DNA from: Anaerolineae bacterium
GTDB lineage: Bacteria > Chloroflexota > Anaerolineae > VGOG01
Direction of reading: 5' to 3'
NCBI GenBank assembly: GCA_034431315.1
Contig: DAOUDK010000119.1
Span: forward strand, 28,873 to 92,872
DNA length: 64,000 nucleotides
Position numbers and translations under genes: made by a program. Positions 7,835 to 16,950 of this stretch are shown here, piece by piece. Numbering within the stretch: the first letter of the stretch is position 1; each line of letters opens with the position of its first letter. Below the pieces are notes generated by a model that was given only the letters and a program-made list of their open reading frames with translations, made no database searches and had not been told where the DNA came from.

Positions 7835-9081
7835 TTGAGATCCTCCCGTCCAGATGTCTCAGAGAATCCTTTTCCGTGTCTCTTCAGGGACGAAGATGAA
7901 AAGGCCTGAGCGCTTACTATTTCTTTATGGATAACGGGCAAATAGATTCTATAGGGGGCCTGACACGCAAAAAGCAGGTATAGACCTTGACCCCAGAATT
8001 GAATTGTGTCATGAGGGATCAGGTTGTACTGCTCCACATCGTCGTAAAACCCTGTCCCCACAGAAACATCCAAGACAGTGCCATCTCCATCCACCTTCGC
8101 CTTAGCACCCTGGGCAATCTTGCTTGCCATGCCCAGGTACTCGGAGCTACAGTATTCCTCTTGAATGGCCTTCCTGATCCCATAGCCGATGGCCAGGGCG
8201 CCGGAGGTCTCCAGATAGAAGTCCGTCCGGTCAACGACGGTGTGCCAGAGACCGGATTCGTCTTGGTAGGGAGCTAATCCTCCAGCCAAGCTCTCCAGAG
8301 TCTCGATCAGCTCCCCGCGCTTGAGATGGTCGGGCGGGAGGAAGGTGAGGACCTCGGATATGCTCAGGGCCGCCCAGCCGTTTCCCCTCTGCCAGAAGGC
8401 GTTATCAAAGTGGCTGCCCGTGCTGGGCTGGTAGGCATGGTAAAAGAGGCCGCTCTCGTGCTGGAGGTGATCGGTGTAGACCGTGATCTGATGCACCGCC
8501 TCCTCAATGTAGGTGGGATCTCCCGTGACGGAGCTGAGCCTGGCGAGGAAGGGGCAAACGGCCAAGAGGCCATCCACGATTATAAAATCTCCCTTCTCCG
8601 GGTCTATGCCGATGAACTCCCCCTCGGGCCCCCGAGTGTGGTTTTCGATGAGCCAATCGGCCAGCCTGACCGCCTTGTCCAGGTACCCCTGCTTGCCAGT
8701 CTGTTCATAGACTATCAACAATGGCGCGCCAGATGTGAGGTCCACATAGCGGTCCTCTGGGACCTGGTCCAGAGTTCTATCGAGCCAATCCTTAACGAAA
8801 TCAAAGTATCTTTCGTCGTCGGTGACGCTCCATGCGGACAGGAGTCCGTAAGCCGCCAGCCCTTCCCCCCAGTTGAACTCAGGTAGCCCCATCTGCATCG
8901 TCCTCTCCGCCACCTTGATGATGGTGGGGTCGATGCAGGGCGTAGCTGTAGGGGCATCGGTTTTTACTATCGGCTCGAGGATGATCGGTTCGCTGGCCTG
9001 GCTACCTGCTGTCCTTACCCCAGTGCCAAGCAGAGCTGTCAATACAACTATTGTCGTAATTAGTAATGCTACTCTCTTCAT
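7831..9081 (-). CDS. Secreted glycoside hydrolase family 88/105-like (unsaturated glucuronyl/rhamnogalacturonyl hydrolase, YteR-like)
   Basis: 416 aa, N-terminal signal peptide, motifs DWLIENHTRGPEGEF, NAFWQRGNGWAALSISEVL typical of GH88/GH105 (alpha/alpha)6 barrel hydrolases. Confidence 0.55.
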   Translation of the reverse strand: MKRVALLITTIVVLTALLGTGVRTAGSQASEPIILEPIVKTDAPTATPCIDPTIIKVAERTMQMGLPEFNWGEGLAAYGLLSAWSVTDDERYFDFVKDWLDRTLDQVPEDRYVDLTSGAPLLIVYEQTGKQGYLDKAVRLADWLIENHTRGPEGEFIGIDPEKGDFIIVDGLLAVCPFLARLSSVTGDPTYIEEAVHQITVYTDHLQHESGLFYHAYQPSTGSHFDNAFWQRGNGWAALSISEVLTFLPPDHLKRGELIETLESLAGGLAPYQDESGLWHTVVDRTDFYLETSGALAIGYGIRKAIQEEYCSSEYLGMASKIAQGAKAKVDGDGTVLDVSVGTGFYDDVEQYNLIPHDTIQFWGQGLYLLFACQAPYRIYLPVIHKEIVSAQAFSSSSLKRHGKGFSETSGREDLK

Positions 9082-9327
9082 GGCTTTTTCACTCTAATCT
9101 CATAGGATTTATCTCTTGCGCACTCAACCATCGCTCGCCACTTGTCGTCCTCTTTTGTGTCTGATCATGCGCCTAATCGGACGCTAGCTTTGTAGCCCTA
9201 CGACCTCCTGATCCGATTGCCTGCCACGAAGATCAAACACCTCAAGCCCGCCGTTCTCCTCGATTAGTTTTAGGATTTCTTCCCTGGTGTACTCGCTCAA
9301 GGGTGCCTCCTTTCGGAAACGACGAAG

Positions 9328-9795
9328 TCATTTCCACAGCTTGCCGAGCACCCAGCAAGCAAACCACAACACGCCAAAAAATAGAGCGGCATAAAAGCCA
9401 GCTATGGCGAGGTACCCAAGAATGTCGGCATCGATCAATATCCCAAGGGGGAGCAGCAGTACAAACAGAAGGCCACCTATCACGGCCAGTGTGCCAAACA
9501 ACCTGGCAAGTCGTTTGATCATTTCCTGGAACCGCTGCGTTGGTGGTTCGGCCTTTTGCTCTGTCGGCTGTATTTCTGGCTTTGGCGGTGGCTCGACAGG
9601 TTCGCCCTGTATCACCTCAACACCCACAGCCTCCCTGCGACTCAATATCTCATTGAGCCGTGCAAGGGCATCTATAGCCTCTCGATTGGTGGCATCCAGC
9701 GCCAGCACTTTCTCAAAGTATTCACGAGCGTACTCAGGATAGCCCGCTTCTAAGTCCTTGTGGCCAAGTTCAAGCAACCGCTCAATTTCGTCCAT
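9328..9795 (-). CDS. Hypothetical protein, N-terminal TPR-like helical motif plus C-terminal transmembrane helices
   Basis: 155 aa; N-term EIERLLELGHKDLEAGYPEYAREYFEKVLALDATNREAIDALARL; tandem paralog of 9814-10356. Confidence 0.4.
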   Translation of the reverse strand: MDEIERLLELGHKDLEAGYPEYAREYFEKVLALDATNREAIDALARLNEILSRREAVGVEVIQGEPVEPPPKPEIQPTEQKAEPPTQRFQEMIKRLARLFGTLAVIGGLLFVLLLPLGILIDADILGYLAIAGFYAALFFGVLWFACWVLGKLWK

Positions 9796-9813
9796 CGTTA
9801 GCTTCTCCTGCTC

Positions 9814-10356
9814 TCACTCTCCACTAGGCCGATGTAGGCCGCCGTCGTCTTGGGGTCGCTGTGGCCCAGCATCCGCTGCACCTGCAGGAGCGTCGCGCCG
9901 TTGTCGTGTTGCATAGAATAAGCCAAAACCAACACCAAGGCACAACACAAACCCGACTCCTGCAATGAGTAATCCTGTTAGGACATCGGATGTTAAAGGT
10001 TCGCCAGGAGTAAAGAAAAGCTCGAACATTATCCCTGTACCAGAACACAGTACCCCGATAAACAGGATTGCTCCTAGACCAAAAAAGATACCCCCGAGTA
10101 TCCGCAGCAGTAGTTTAGTCACGTTCACCTCACTTTCCCGCCCACGTTTATTTACATCTGGTTCGCCCCGTACCGGCCTAACAGGCACCGCTGCCCTGCG
10201 GCGCAATTCATCAATCCGTGCAAGGGCATCTATGGCCTCTCGATTGGTGGCATCCAGCGCCAGCACTTTCTCAAAGTCCTCACGGGCCTGCTCATACTGA
10301 CCTGTTTCAAGTCCCATGCAGCCATAATCAAGTAGTCGCTCAATGTCGTCTGTCAT
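9814..10356 (-). CDS. Hypothetical protein, paralog of 9328-9795 (TPR-like N-terminus + TM helices)
   Basis: 180 aa; N-term DIERLLDYGCMGLETGQYEQAREDFEKVLALDATNREAIDALARI nearly identical motif to neighbour. Confidence 0.4.
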   Translation of the reverse strand: MTDDIERLLDYGCMGLETGQYEQAREDFEKVLALDATNREAIDALARIDELRRRAAVPVRPVRGEPDVNKRGRESEVNVTKLLLRILGGIFFGLGAILFIGVLCSGTGIMFELFFTPGEPLTSDVLTGLLIAGVGFVLCLGVGFGLFYATRQRRDAPAGAADAGPQRPQDDGGLHRPSGE

Positions 10357-10374
10357 CTTGCACTCCTTTATCCT

Positions 10375-10470
10375 CTCACCCTGTAAATCCTCGTCCTCTC
10401 ATTCTCATAAACCACTTCCAACTCCCCTCGCCGCACCATCTCATCGAACTTGGCCAAGCCGGCGGGGTCG
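10375..10470. repeat. Direct repeat copy 1: degenerate duplicate of the 3' end (last ~30 codons) of the 1504-aa GT-C/DUF2298 gene
   Basis: 10397-10470 matches 11417-11490 with 3 mismatches in 74 bp; looser similarity extends ~20 bp further left. Confidence 0.75.
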
Positions 10471-10733
10471 AACCACTGATGCCGCTGAGAGAATACTGAA
10501 GGCACTGAGGGGAGCACCACGTTCAGTGGCCTCAGTGCTGTTCAGTGCGGTCAGTGATTCCAGCTTGGCTGGCGTCAGGCCAGTCCGCTGAAAGCACCAA
10601 AGCGGGACGCTGTTTGATCATCGTCAGATCGGTGAACCTGCGTCATTATATCATACGCCAGGTGAAATCGCAATATCCAGCCCAGTTGTTCTCAGGCCAG
10701 ACACCCATTTTCCCAAAATCCTCGAACTATGCT

Positions 10734-10739
10734 ATAATC
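10734..10739 (+). promoter_or_regulatory. -10 box TATAAT upstream of hicB, followed by AGGAGG RBS
   Basis: gctataatcttcttcAGGAGGtgaacgaaATG. Confidence 0.4.
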
Positions 10740-10759
10740 TTCTTCAGGAGGTGAACGAA

Positions 10760-11095
10760 ATGACCGACAAAACCCCGTCTTTCCGCTGTTACGCCTACCG
10801 CCGAGACCCAGACCACTATATCGCTTATTGTTTAGACCTCACTCTGATAGGAGAAGGAACAACGATGCGGGAGGCCATTGGCGACTTGGAAGAGGCAATG
10901 TTAGGCTACCTCGAATCCGTCTCCGATTTAGGCTGGGAGAAAGACCTCATTCCACGTCGAGCGCGTCCCGGCAGGTGGGTGGAGTTCTATAAGCTCTTCC
11001 TGATCCACATCCTCAGAGCCCTTTTCACCGGCGAACTCGGCAACTTCCAGACCTTCCAAGAGTATTTTGAGGATAGGGGCCTGGTCTATGCCTAA
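10760..11095 (+). CDS. hicB: HicB-family antitoxin (UPF0150-like)
   Basis: FRCYAYRRDPDHYIAYCLDLTLIGEGTTMREAIGDLEEAM matches HicB N-terminal fold pattern; stop overlaps ATG of hicA (ATGCCTAA). Confidence 0.55.
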   Translation: MTDKTPSFRCYAYRRDPDHYIAYCLDLTLIGEGTTMREAIGDLEEAMLGYLESVSDLGWEKDLIPRRARPGRWVEFYKLFLIHILRALFTGELGNFQTFQEYFEDRGLVYA

Positions 11096-11380
11096 AAAGT
11101 ACCCTCCTCTTACCCCCGCCGAAGTCATTGCTATTCTCCTCGCCAGGGGGTTCGTCCTCCATCGCACCAGTGGAAGCCATGCCCACTATCGAGGCACTAT
11201 ATCAAAGGCGTCAAATGCCTGGTGACCGTAGATGTGCACTACAAAGACTTCGACGTGGAACGCATCAAAGACATGATTCAACAAGCCAATCTGTCCCGCG
11301 AGGAATTCTACGGCAGCACCAAAAGGACCGCTAAAAAGATCAACCTCATCGCCCCAAAATATCCGATTCCTCTCAAGTAG
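11088..11380 (+). pseudogene. hicA: hicA toxin gene disrupted by an 11-bp duplication (cactat-CGAGGCACTAT-atc near 11190) causing frameshift and premature stop at 11223-11225
   Basis: Frame 1: MPKKYPPLTPAEVIAILLARGFVLHRTSGSHAHYRG..*; C-terminal HicA motif (HYIKGVKCLVTVDVHYKDFDVERIKDMIQQANLSREEF) continues in another frame to 11380. Confidence 0.6.
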
Positions 11381-11387
11381 TCCCCCC

Positions 11388-14300
11388 TTACCCCCTCACC
11401 TGATAGATTCTCACCATCTCATTCTCATAAACCACCTCCAACTCCCCTCGCCGCACCATCTCATCGAACTTGGCCAGGCCGGCGGCGTCGTAGACGGTGC
11501 GCTCTAACTGGCCCACGTAGATGTAGGAGACGTGCAGCTCGCCGATGAGCTGGAGGGCGCGGGAGATGTCGGGGGTGTTGAAGAAATCGCGCGCCTTTCC
11601 ATCGCGCTCCCCTACCTGCGAAGCGTAGCGCTGCTCGTTCTGGTGAGCGCCCAAGAAAGTAGGCAGCCCCGTGTAAGTGGCTACGCGCAAGCCTCCCTCG
11701 CGATAGTAAGGTATAGCAGCCTCGGCGACGACGGGGGTGCCCTTGACGTTGGCTATCAGCCACTGGAGGGCCTGGTAATCGTACTTCAGCTCGATGCGGT
11801 TGTTGTCAGGCCAGGTGTAAGAGCCGACGGTCATGAAGGCCATCCCATCCAGGGTGCCCACGGGCGGCCTATCGCCAGGGAAGCGATCGTTCACCCGCGC
11901 CGGGGTGAAGACGAGGGGATAGAGCAGGCTGGCGAAGGACAACAAGACCAGGCCAGCAGCCCAGACTCGCCGCTGGCCCGCTGACTGCCAACGCCTCATC
12001 CTGGCCCATAGACTGGGCACGGCCACCGCCGCAGCGATGCCCAGCATCACCCAGACCTGGATGTAGAACTTGAAGATGGTGTTCATGCGCCACCAGGTCT
12101 GGTCCCCGCCCAGGTGATCCTTCAGATAGACCACCTCGCAGCCCGCCGCCACCAGCAGCCCGGTGAAGACCAGCAGGGAGACGAAAAGCTCCTCAGGCGA
12201 GGCATCGTCGCGCAACAGGAGCAGCACAGCTCCAACGACCAGGGGCAATGCAAAGGCCAGCACCCAGAACTTCAGGACAGCCAACACCACCGCCAGCAGC
12301 AACACTCCTCCCAGGCTGTAAATGGACAGGGTATAGTTCGACGTCTGCCGATGCACGAGAGCCTGGTAGATCTCAGCCAGGTGGGGCAGCACCTCCCACC
12401 GTGCTAATAGCACCCGCACAAAGCGCAGCACCCCCAGCCTGGCCCGCTGTCGCACCAACTCCACCAACAAGAAGGTGATGACGATGAACAGGAAAAAGCC
12501 CCAGACGGTGAGGAAAGCCGCCAGGTCCGTCCGTCCTCTGGTGATGGCCAGGCCCAGGCCAACGTCGAGGGTCTGGTAATGGGCGAAGAAGGGCCGGTAG
12601 AGCAGCAGGCTCAGGCCGCCAACAGCGATGGTCGAAATCGCGGGCCAGGCGAGCTTCCATTTACCCTGAGCCAACCTCTCTCGAAGGACGAAGGCGATAG
12701 CGATGAGACCTAAATAGGTCGGGAGGTCCCAGGTGTTGGTCACCGCCAAGGCCCCCAGGCAGATGGGGAGCGAGAGATAGCGAACCGCAGTCGCCAGAGG
12801 TTCGCAGCCTGCCGCCTCTCGCCGCTTCCCGTCCAAGACGATCTCTAGCGCCAGGGCCAACACCAGGATGGTGAACGGTATCCCTATCATGTGGGGGTGC
12901 AAATCGGCGAAGAGGAAGCTGAAATAGGGGAACTCGCTGATGGTGCCGGGGATGACCCGCGTGCGGCCGAAGTAATCCAAAGGAGGCATGGCCTGGCCCC
13001 GGATGACCTTCAACAGCCCCGGCCAGGCCCGCACCAGCCCCTCCAGGCCGGGGATGCTGCTCCTGAAGCCAGAGCCGCCTATCCCACCCAGCCGGTCGGC
13101 CAGGTGCACCATCCCGTCCAGGTTGCCCAACACGGCCACGAAAACCGCCGCCAGCACTCCGGTGAGGACGGGCCTCCGCGCCCGCGCCAGATTGTACCCC
13201 ATACAGAACACGTTCCCCACCGTCAGGGCAAACAGCATCGGGATGGCCAGGTTGAAGGCCAGCGAGGGCATGATGCCCGTCAGCTTGATCACCAGGCCCA
13301 CGATGAACTGGCCGTAGTAGTAATAGTTGATATACCCACCGGCGAAGTAGGGATCGTAGGGCGGAAAGTGGGGGCTCTTGAGGATGGCGTTCAGGAAGGC
13401 GAACTCCATAGGCTTCTCGCCGCCCAGCCAGGGCTGCCACAGATCAGGATTGAACATCCGAATGACGACGAAAAACAGGAAGGCCGCAGCGAAGAGAGCT
13501 TCGTTGAGCAAGATCAAACGCTTGTTATCGCGCCAGAAAGCAACCATCGTCTCTCTGTGGCGTCGGAAGAAATAGAAGGAGAGGACGGCCAGAAGGGCCA
13601 GGGCCAGTATGATAGTGGGCAGACTGTTTCGCAGCAGGCGGAGGCTGGCCGAGATCCACACCAGGTAGGCCACGATTATCAGGCCCAGGCTCTTGGCCAG
13701 GATGTAGCCCCGGTCCGAGAGATGACGGAAGACGACGAAGGTCACTGGCCAGGCAGCCAGTCCCACCAGCACCACCGCCAGCCACCAGAAGATGACGGCG
13801 AACAGATGATAGCGATTGGCCAGGCCGTTCCAGCGGAAGTCGTCAATGACGGGAAGCTCATCCACTGGCCCATCGAGGAGCAGCGTCTTGCCCTCTTCGG
13901 ATTCGCTGGGGGGCGACGCAGGTCGAGAAGTAGCGCCCCAGAAGCGAGCCAAGAGCGTCGGCGCGCCCACGTAGCCGCGGATGGCCCCCTCCCAGCTATC
14001 GCCCAGCAGGGAGTCCCATTCCGCCCCGCTCAGCTCCCGCACCTTCTGGAAGATGATGGGCTTGGGGTGATCGTAGACCGTGAAGCTCTCGTCGCTGGCA
14101 TCGTCATTGAAGACGAAGGGGCCCAGGCGAGGGTAGGTAGTGAACTCAGCCACCTTCTCGAATCCCAGTTCTCCGGCGAAGAGAAGCTGATAGTACCTGG
14201 TGCTCATGGGATAGCGCTCCGGCAGGTTGGGGACGGCCCCGTACAGGCGGTTGGTGGACAGGATGACGTAGTCCGCCTCGCTCAGGCGAGAGCGTATCTG

Positions 14301-15902
14301 GTGGTACTTCTGCTCGTTATCATCCTCATACATGGGCAGCTCGACCAGCCGATACCTGTGCGCCCCGATGTTCGCCCCCGGCTCAGGCAGCCCCAGAGGC
14401 AAGTCATCGTCCCAGTGCTCAGAGGCCAGCACCGAGCCATCGGGCACGTTGTCATAGATCCAGCGCGAGGCGATGATCCAGGAGTGTTCCGTGCCGTAGA
14501 CGCCGCCAACGAAGGCCAGCGCCCAGAAAACCGTCGCCAGCAACACAATGGCTGTTATCAGATATTGGATATTGGATATTGGCCATTGGGTTTTGGGTAT
14601 TCGTCGAGAATATCTAGTATCCAATACCCGATATCCAGCGAAAAGCATCCCTACTCCCATAACCGTGAACAGCGGCACCACCGGCACCATATACCGCACG
14701 AACTTGGCCAGGAAGAGCCCGGTTATGCCGAAGTAGGGAACGATCCAGGAGAGCAGGATCAGCTCGCCCGGCCTGGCTCGCCGCAGGAGGGTGCGCAGCA
14801 GCACCCAGCCCAAACCCAGAAAAGCGACGATGCCCAGCGGCCAACCCATCCCCCAGCGTATTTGCTGCTCGATGTGATAGAGGTAAGGAACCGTGCCTCG
14901 GTACTGGCGGGTGAAGGGCATGTCCGCCCGGCCGCTGGCCATGGCTCCCTGCTCCACAATCACCGCCTGCTTAAAGCTGTCCCAATCTAGAAAGACAAAG
15001 GGTGAGGTGAGGGCGAAAACCAGGAAGGCAACGACGAAGACTAGCAGCAACTGCCGCACAACCTGGATCCGGTCGGTTGGGCCGTCCTGTCTCGACCGCC
15101 ACGCCACGATCATAACGGCCACCACCGGCGCGGCCAGGATCGGCAACGCGCTGAACTTGGAAGCGATGGCCAGACCAGCGCCCAGGCCGGTTAGGGCTGC
15201 TGCGCCTCGCGTGCGGCGTTCCACCATCAGTATGGCGCCATACAGCGCCAGCAAGGTGAAAGTAGTGGAGATGGGATCAACGGCGAAGAAGTGGGCGAGC
15301 TGGATCTGGGTGACGGTGAAAGCGGAGAGAGCCGCCGCCAGCAACCCCGCCGCCTGCCCGTAGATGCGGCGGCCAATCAGGTAGACCAGGTAGACGGTGA
15401 AGGTGTCAGCCAGGGCCATGAGGAAGCGGCCCACGTAGGCGAAGCCCGGCGAGCCGTTGGCCGTGGCCAGGGACTGCACGATCTCAGGAGAAGCGCCGAC
15501 GCGCTCAGCCAGCGGCGCCAGGTTGTGCACCGCGTTGGCAGTGATGGTCAACAAGTAGAGCGGGAAGTGGCCATAGGTGTAGCTTCGGCGATGCTGGCCG
15601 TTGAGGTCCCAGAGGGGGTTGAAGGTAGACTTCTTGGGGTCCAAGGCCGTTGACCAATCCTTTGGCAAATGCATCGTCGGGGCGTAGAAGGCCACCGTCG
15701 AGCGCTCATCCGGGTGGGTCAGCTTGCCGTCATCCCAGGTGATGTTGTAGCAGCGCAAGGCAGCGGCGGCCAACAGCACGGCCAGCAGCGCCAGCTGAGT
15801 CCAATTTCTCTTTAATCTAATCATTGCCTTCTGCATAGTCCTGATTCCTTGTGAAGATGGGGTTATTTTATCACTATTGGGGCTGGATGACAAATGGAAC
15901 AA
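11388..15902 (-). CDS. Giant fused polytopic membrane protein: N-terminal GT-C (family 39/ArnT-like) glycosyltransferase-like half + C-terminal DUF2298 half
   Basis: 1504 aa; N-half homologous to 1877-3664 product, C-half to 3938-6514 product; AGGAGG-like RBS context; dozens of TM helices. Confidence 0.6.
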   Translation of the reverse strand: MFHLSSSPNSDKITPSSQGIRTMQKAMIRLKRNWTQLALLAVLLAAAALRCYNITWDDGKLTHPDERSTVAFYAPTMHLPKDWSTALDPKKSTFNPLWDLNGQHRRSYTYGHFPLYLLTITANAVHNLAPLAERVGASPEIVQSLATANGSPGFAYVGRFLMALADTFTVYLVYLIGRRIYGQAAGLLAAALSAFTVTQIQLAHFFAVDPISTTFTLLALYGAILMVERRTRGAAALTGLGAGLAIASKFSALPILAAPVVAVMIVAWRSRQDGPTDRIQVVRQLLLVFVVAFLVFALTSPFVFLDWDSFKQAVIVEQGAMASGRADMPFTRQYRGTVPYLYHIEQQIRWGMGWPLGIVAFLGLGWVLLRTLLRRARPGELILLSWIVPYFGITGLFLAKFVRYMVPVVPLFTVMGVGMLFAGYRVLDTRYSRRIPKTQWPISNIQYLITAIVLLATVFWALAFVGGVYGTEHSWIIASRWIYDNVPDGSVLASEHWDDDLPLGLPEPGANIGAHRYRLVELPMYEDDNEQKYHQIRSRLSEADYVILSTNRLYGAVPNLPERYPMSTRYYQLLFAGELGFEKVAEFTTYPRLGPFVFNDDASDESFTVYDHPKPIIFQKVRELSGAEWDSLLGDSWEGAIRGYVGAPTLLARFWGATSRPASPPSESEEGKTLLLDGPVDELPVIDDFRWNGLANRYHLFAVIFWWLAVVLVGLAAWPVTFVVFRHLSDRGYILAKSLGLIIVAYLVWISASLRLLRNSLPTIILALALLAVLSFYFFRRHRETMVAFWRDNKRLILLNEALFAAAFLFFVVIRMFNPDLWQPWLGGEKPMEFAFLNAILKSPHFPPYDPYFAGGYINYYYYGQFIVGLVIKLTGIMPSLAFNLAIPMLFALTVGNVFCMGYNLARARRPVLTGVLAAVFVAVLGNLDGMVHLADRLGGIGGSGFRSSIPGLEGLVRAWPGLLKVIRGQAMPPLDYFGRTRVIPGTISEFPYFSFLFADLHPHMIGIPFTILVLALALEIVLDGKRREAAGCEPLATAVRYLSLPICLGALAVTNTWDLPTYLGLIAIAFVLRERLAQGKWKLAWPAISTIAVGGLSLLLYRPFFAHYQTLDVGLGLAITRGRTDLAAFLTVWGFFLFIVITFLLVELVRQRARLGVLRFVRVLLARWEVLPHLAEIYQALVHRQTSNYTLSIYSLGGVLLLAVVLAVLKFWVLAFALPLVVGAVLLLLRDDASPEELFVSLLVFTGLLVAAGCEVVYLKDHLGGDQTWWRMNTIFKFYIQVWVMLGIAAAVAVPSLWARMRRWQSAGQRRVWAAGLVLLSFASLLYPLVFTPARVNDRFPGDRPPVGTLDGMAFMTVGSYTWPDNNRIELKYDYQALQWLIANVKGTPVVAEAAIPYYREGGLRVATYTGLPTFLGAHQNEQRYASQVGERDGKARDFFNTPDISRALQLIGELHVSYIYVGQLERTVYDAAGLAKFDEMVRRGELEVVYENEMVRIYQVRG
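11395..11490. repeat. Direct repeat copy 2 (authentic 3' end of 1504-aa gene) matching 10375-10470
   Basis: See copy 1; spacing of cores exactly 1020 bp, enclosing hicB-hicA. Confidence 0.75.
14560..14600. repeat. (GATATTGG)n / TTGGAT hexamer-type repeat in-frame within 1504-aa CDS (encodes WPISNIQYL)
   Basis: cagatattggatattggatattggccattgggttttgggtattcg; same motif family as 5325-5437 and 43168-43228. Confidence 0.6.
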
Positions 15903-15926
15903 CGGAGACGCCGAATGGAATTCGAC

Positions 15927-15992
15927 GTCTGAAACTGAGAAGCGCCCTCAGGCGCTAGACCGAGGCCCTGAGGGGCCTTCTCAGTTTCAGAC
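15927..15992 (-). promoter_or_regulatory. Compound hairpin: 16-bp outer stem (GTCTGAAACTGAGAAG / CTTCTCAGTTTCAGAC) enclosing two small palindromes (GCGCC-TCAG-GCGC, GGCCC-TGAG-GGGCC); terminator/attenuator between yqeB-like gene and 1504-aa gene
   Basis: Direct reading of perfect inverted repeats. Confidence 0.5.
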
Positions 15993-16907
15993 GGGGATTT
16001 CTAATCCTCGGCCTCTCAACAAATACAGAACAGCCTCCAACACTCCCCCACCGATGGCCCGCGCCTTGTCGGAGATGGTGAAGCAATGCTCGCGCACGCC
16101 CCGCGGGTCTACGTCGCCCACTTTCAGGCCGGCCTTCACCGGTAGCCCGTCGGCCAGCAGCCCCCTGAGCACGCCTGATATTTTTGCCACGACGGGCTGG
16201 CCAGCGACGGAGGCCACTACCTGGCCTGCTTCCACTGGATCGCCGATGCGCCGCTGGCCCGTGAAAGCGCCCTCGCAGGGGGCGCGGAGCACTCGCTCAG
16301 CGGTGAAGCCTGCCGTCGGGCCGGGCACGCCGGTGTGCGGCTCCGCGCTGCCCGACAGGATGACCCGCCCCAGATGGTGCCCGCGATTGGTCTCGATCAC
16401 CGCGTGGACGTCCACGCCAGCGGTGAAGCCCGGTCCCAGGCCGATGACGATGGGAGCGTCGGTGATGGCGGTGGCGCCAGTGTTGCGCTTGGCCATGATG
16501 GCATCAACGACCGCGGTGGGGCGCAGCCGAGTAATCACCTCCCCGCGCGGATCTAGAACCACGGGAACCTGACCTCCAGCCAGGGCGGCGCGTATCTCTT
16601 GATCGCCTTCGGCCAGCCGGGCCACCAATCCCTCCACCTCTACCTGCCCTTCGTAGACGGCAGAGGCCACGGCCACCGCCCGGCGGATGACCGTAGGCTG
16701 GGCCAGTTCCGTGACCACCACCCGCATCCCAGCCCGATGCAAGCGATGCACCACGCCAGTGGCCAGGTCACCCCCACCTTTGATCACCACCAGGATGTCT
16801 TCAAGCATTGGTTTGTCTCCTGTGAGCTCCCTCAGCAAGTGCTCGGAGCCCCGTCCGCGGGGCGGATCTTGCGGCTCGACTTCGCCAGCGACGATATCCT
16901 CAAGCAT
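15987..16907 (-). CDS. YqeB/EF2563-family selenium-dependent molybdenum hydroxylase system protein
   Basis: Rossmann-like motif ILVVIKGGGDLATGVVHRLHRAGMRVVVTELAQP...RRAV..A.AVYEG typical of TIGR03309 family; adjacent to xdhC; true start may be internal Met. Confidence 0.5.
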   Translation of the reverse strand: MLEDIVAGEVEPQDPPRGRGSEHLLRELTGDKPMLEDILVVIKGGGDLATGVVHRLHRAGMRVVVTELAQPTVIRRAVAVASAVYEGQVEVEGLVARLAEGDQEIRAALAGGQVPVVLDPRGEVITRLRPTAVVDAIMAKRNTGATAITDAPIVIGLGPGFTAGVDVHAVIETNRGHHLGRVILSGSAEPHTGVPGPTAGFTAERVLRAPCEGAFTGQRRIGDPVEAGQVVASVAGQPVVAKISGVLRGLLADGLPVKAGLKVGDVDPRGVREHCFTISDKARAIGGGVLEAVLYLLRGRGLEIPV

Positions 16908-16950
16908 CTCTTTCTCTCCTATCTACCACTAAGACACCAAGGCACCAAGA

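Noticed and set aside
9182-9298. 38-codon minus-strand ORF (LSEYTREEILKLIEENGGLEVFDLRGRQSDQEVVGLQS) with GGAGG + TTG start
   Set aside because: It is too short and uses a non-ATG start. I cannot support it without conservation evidence.
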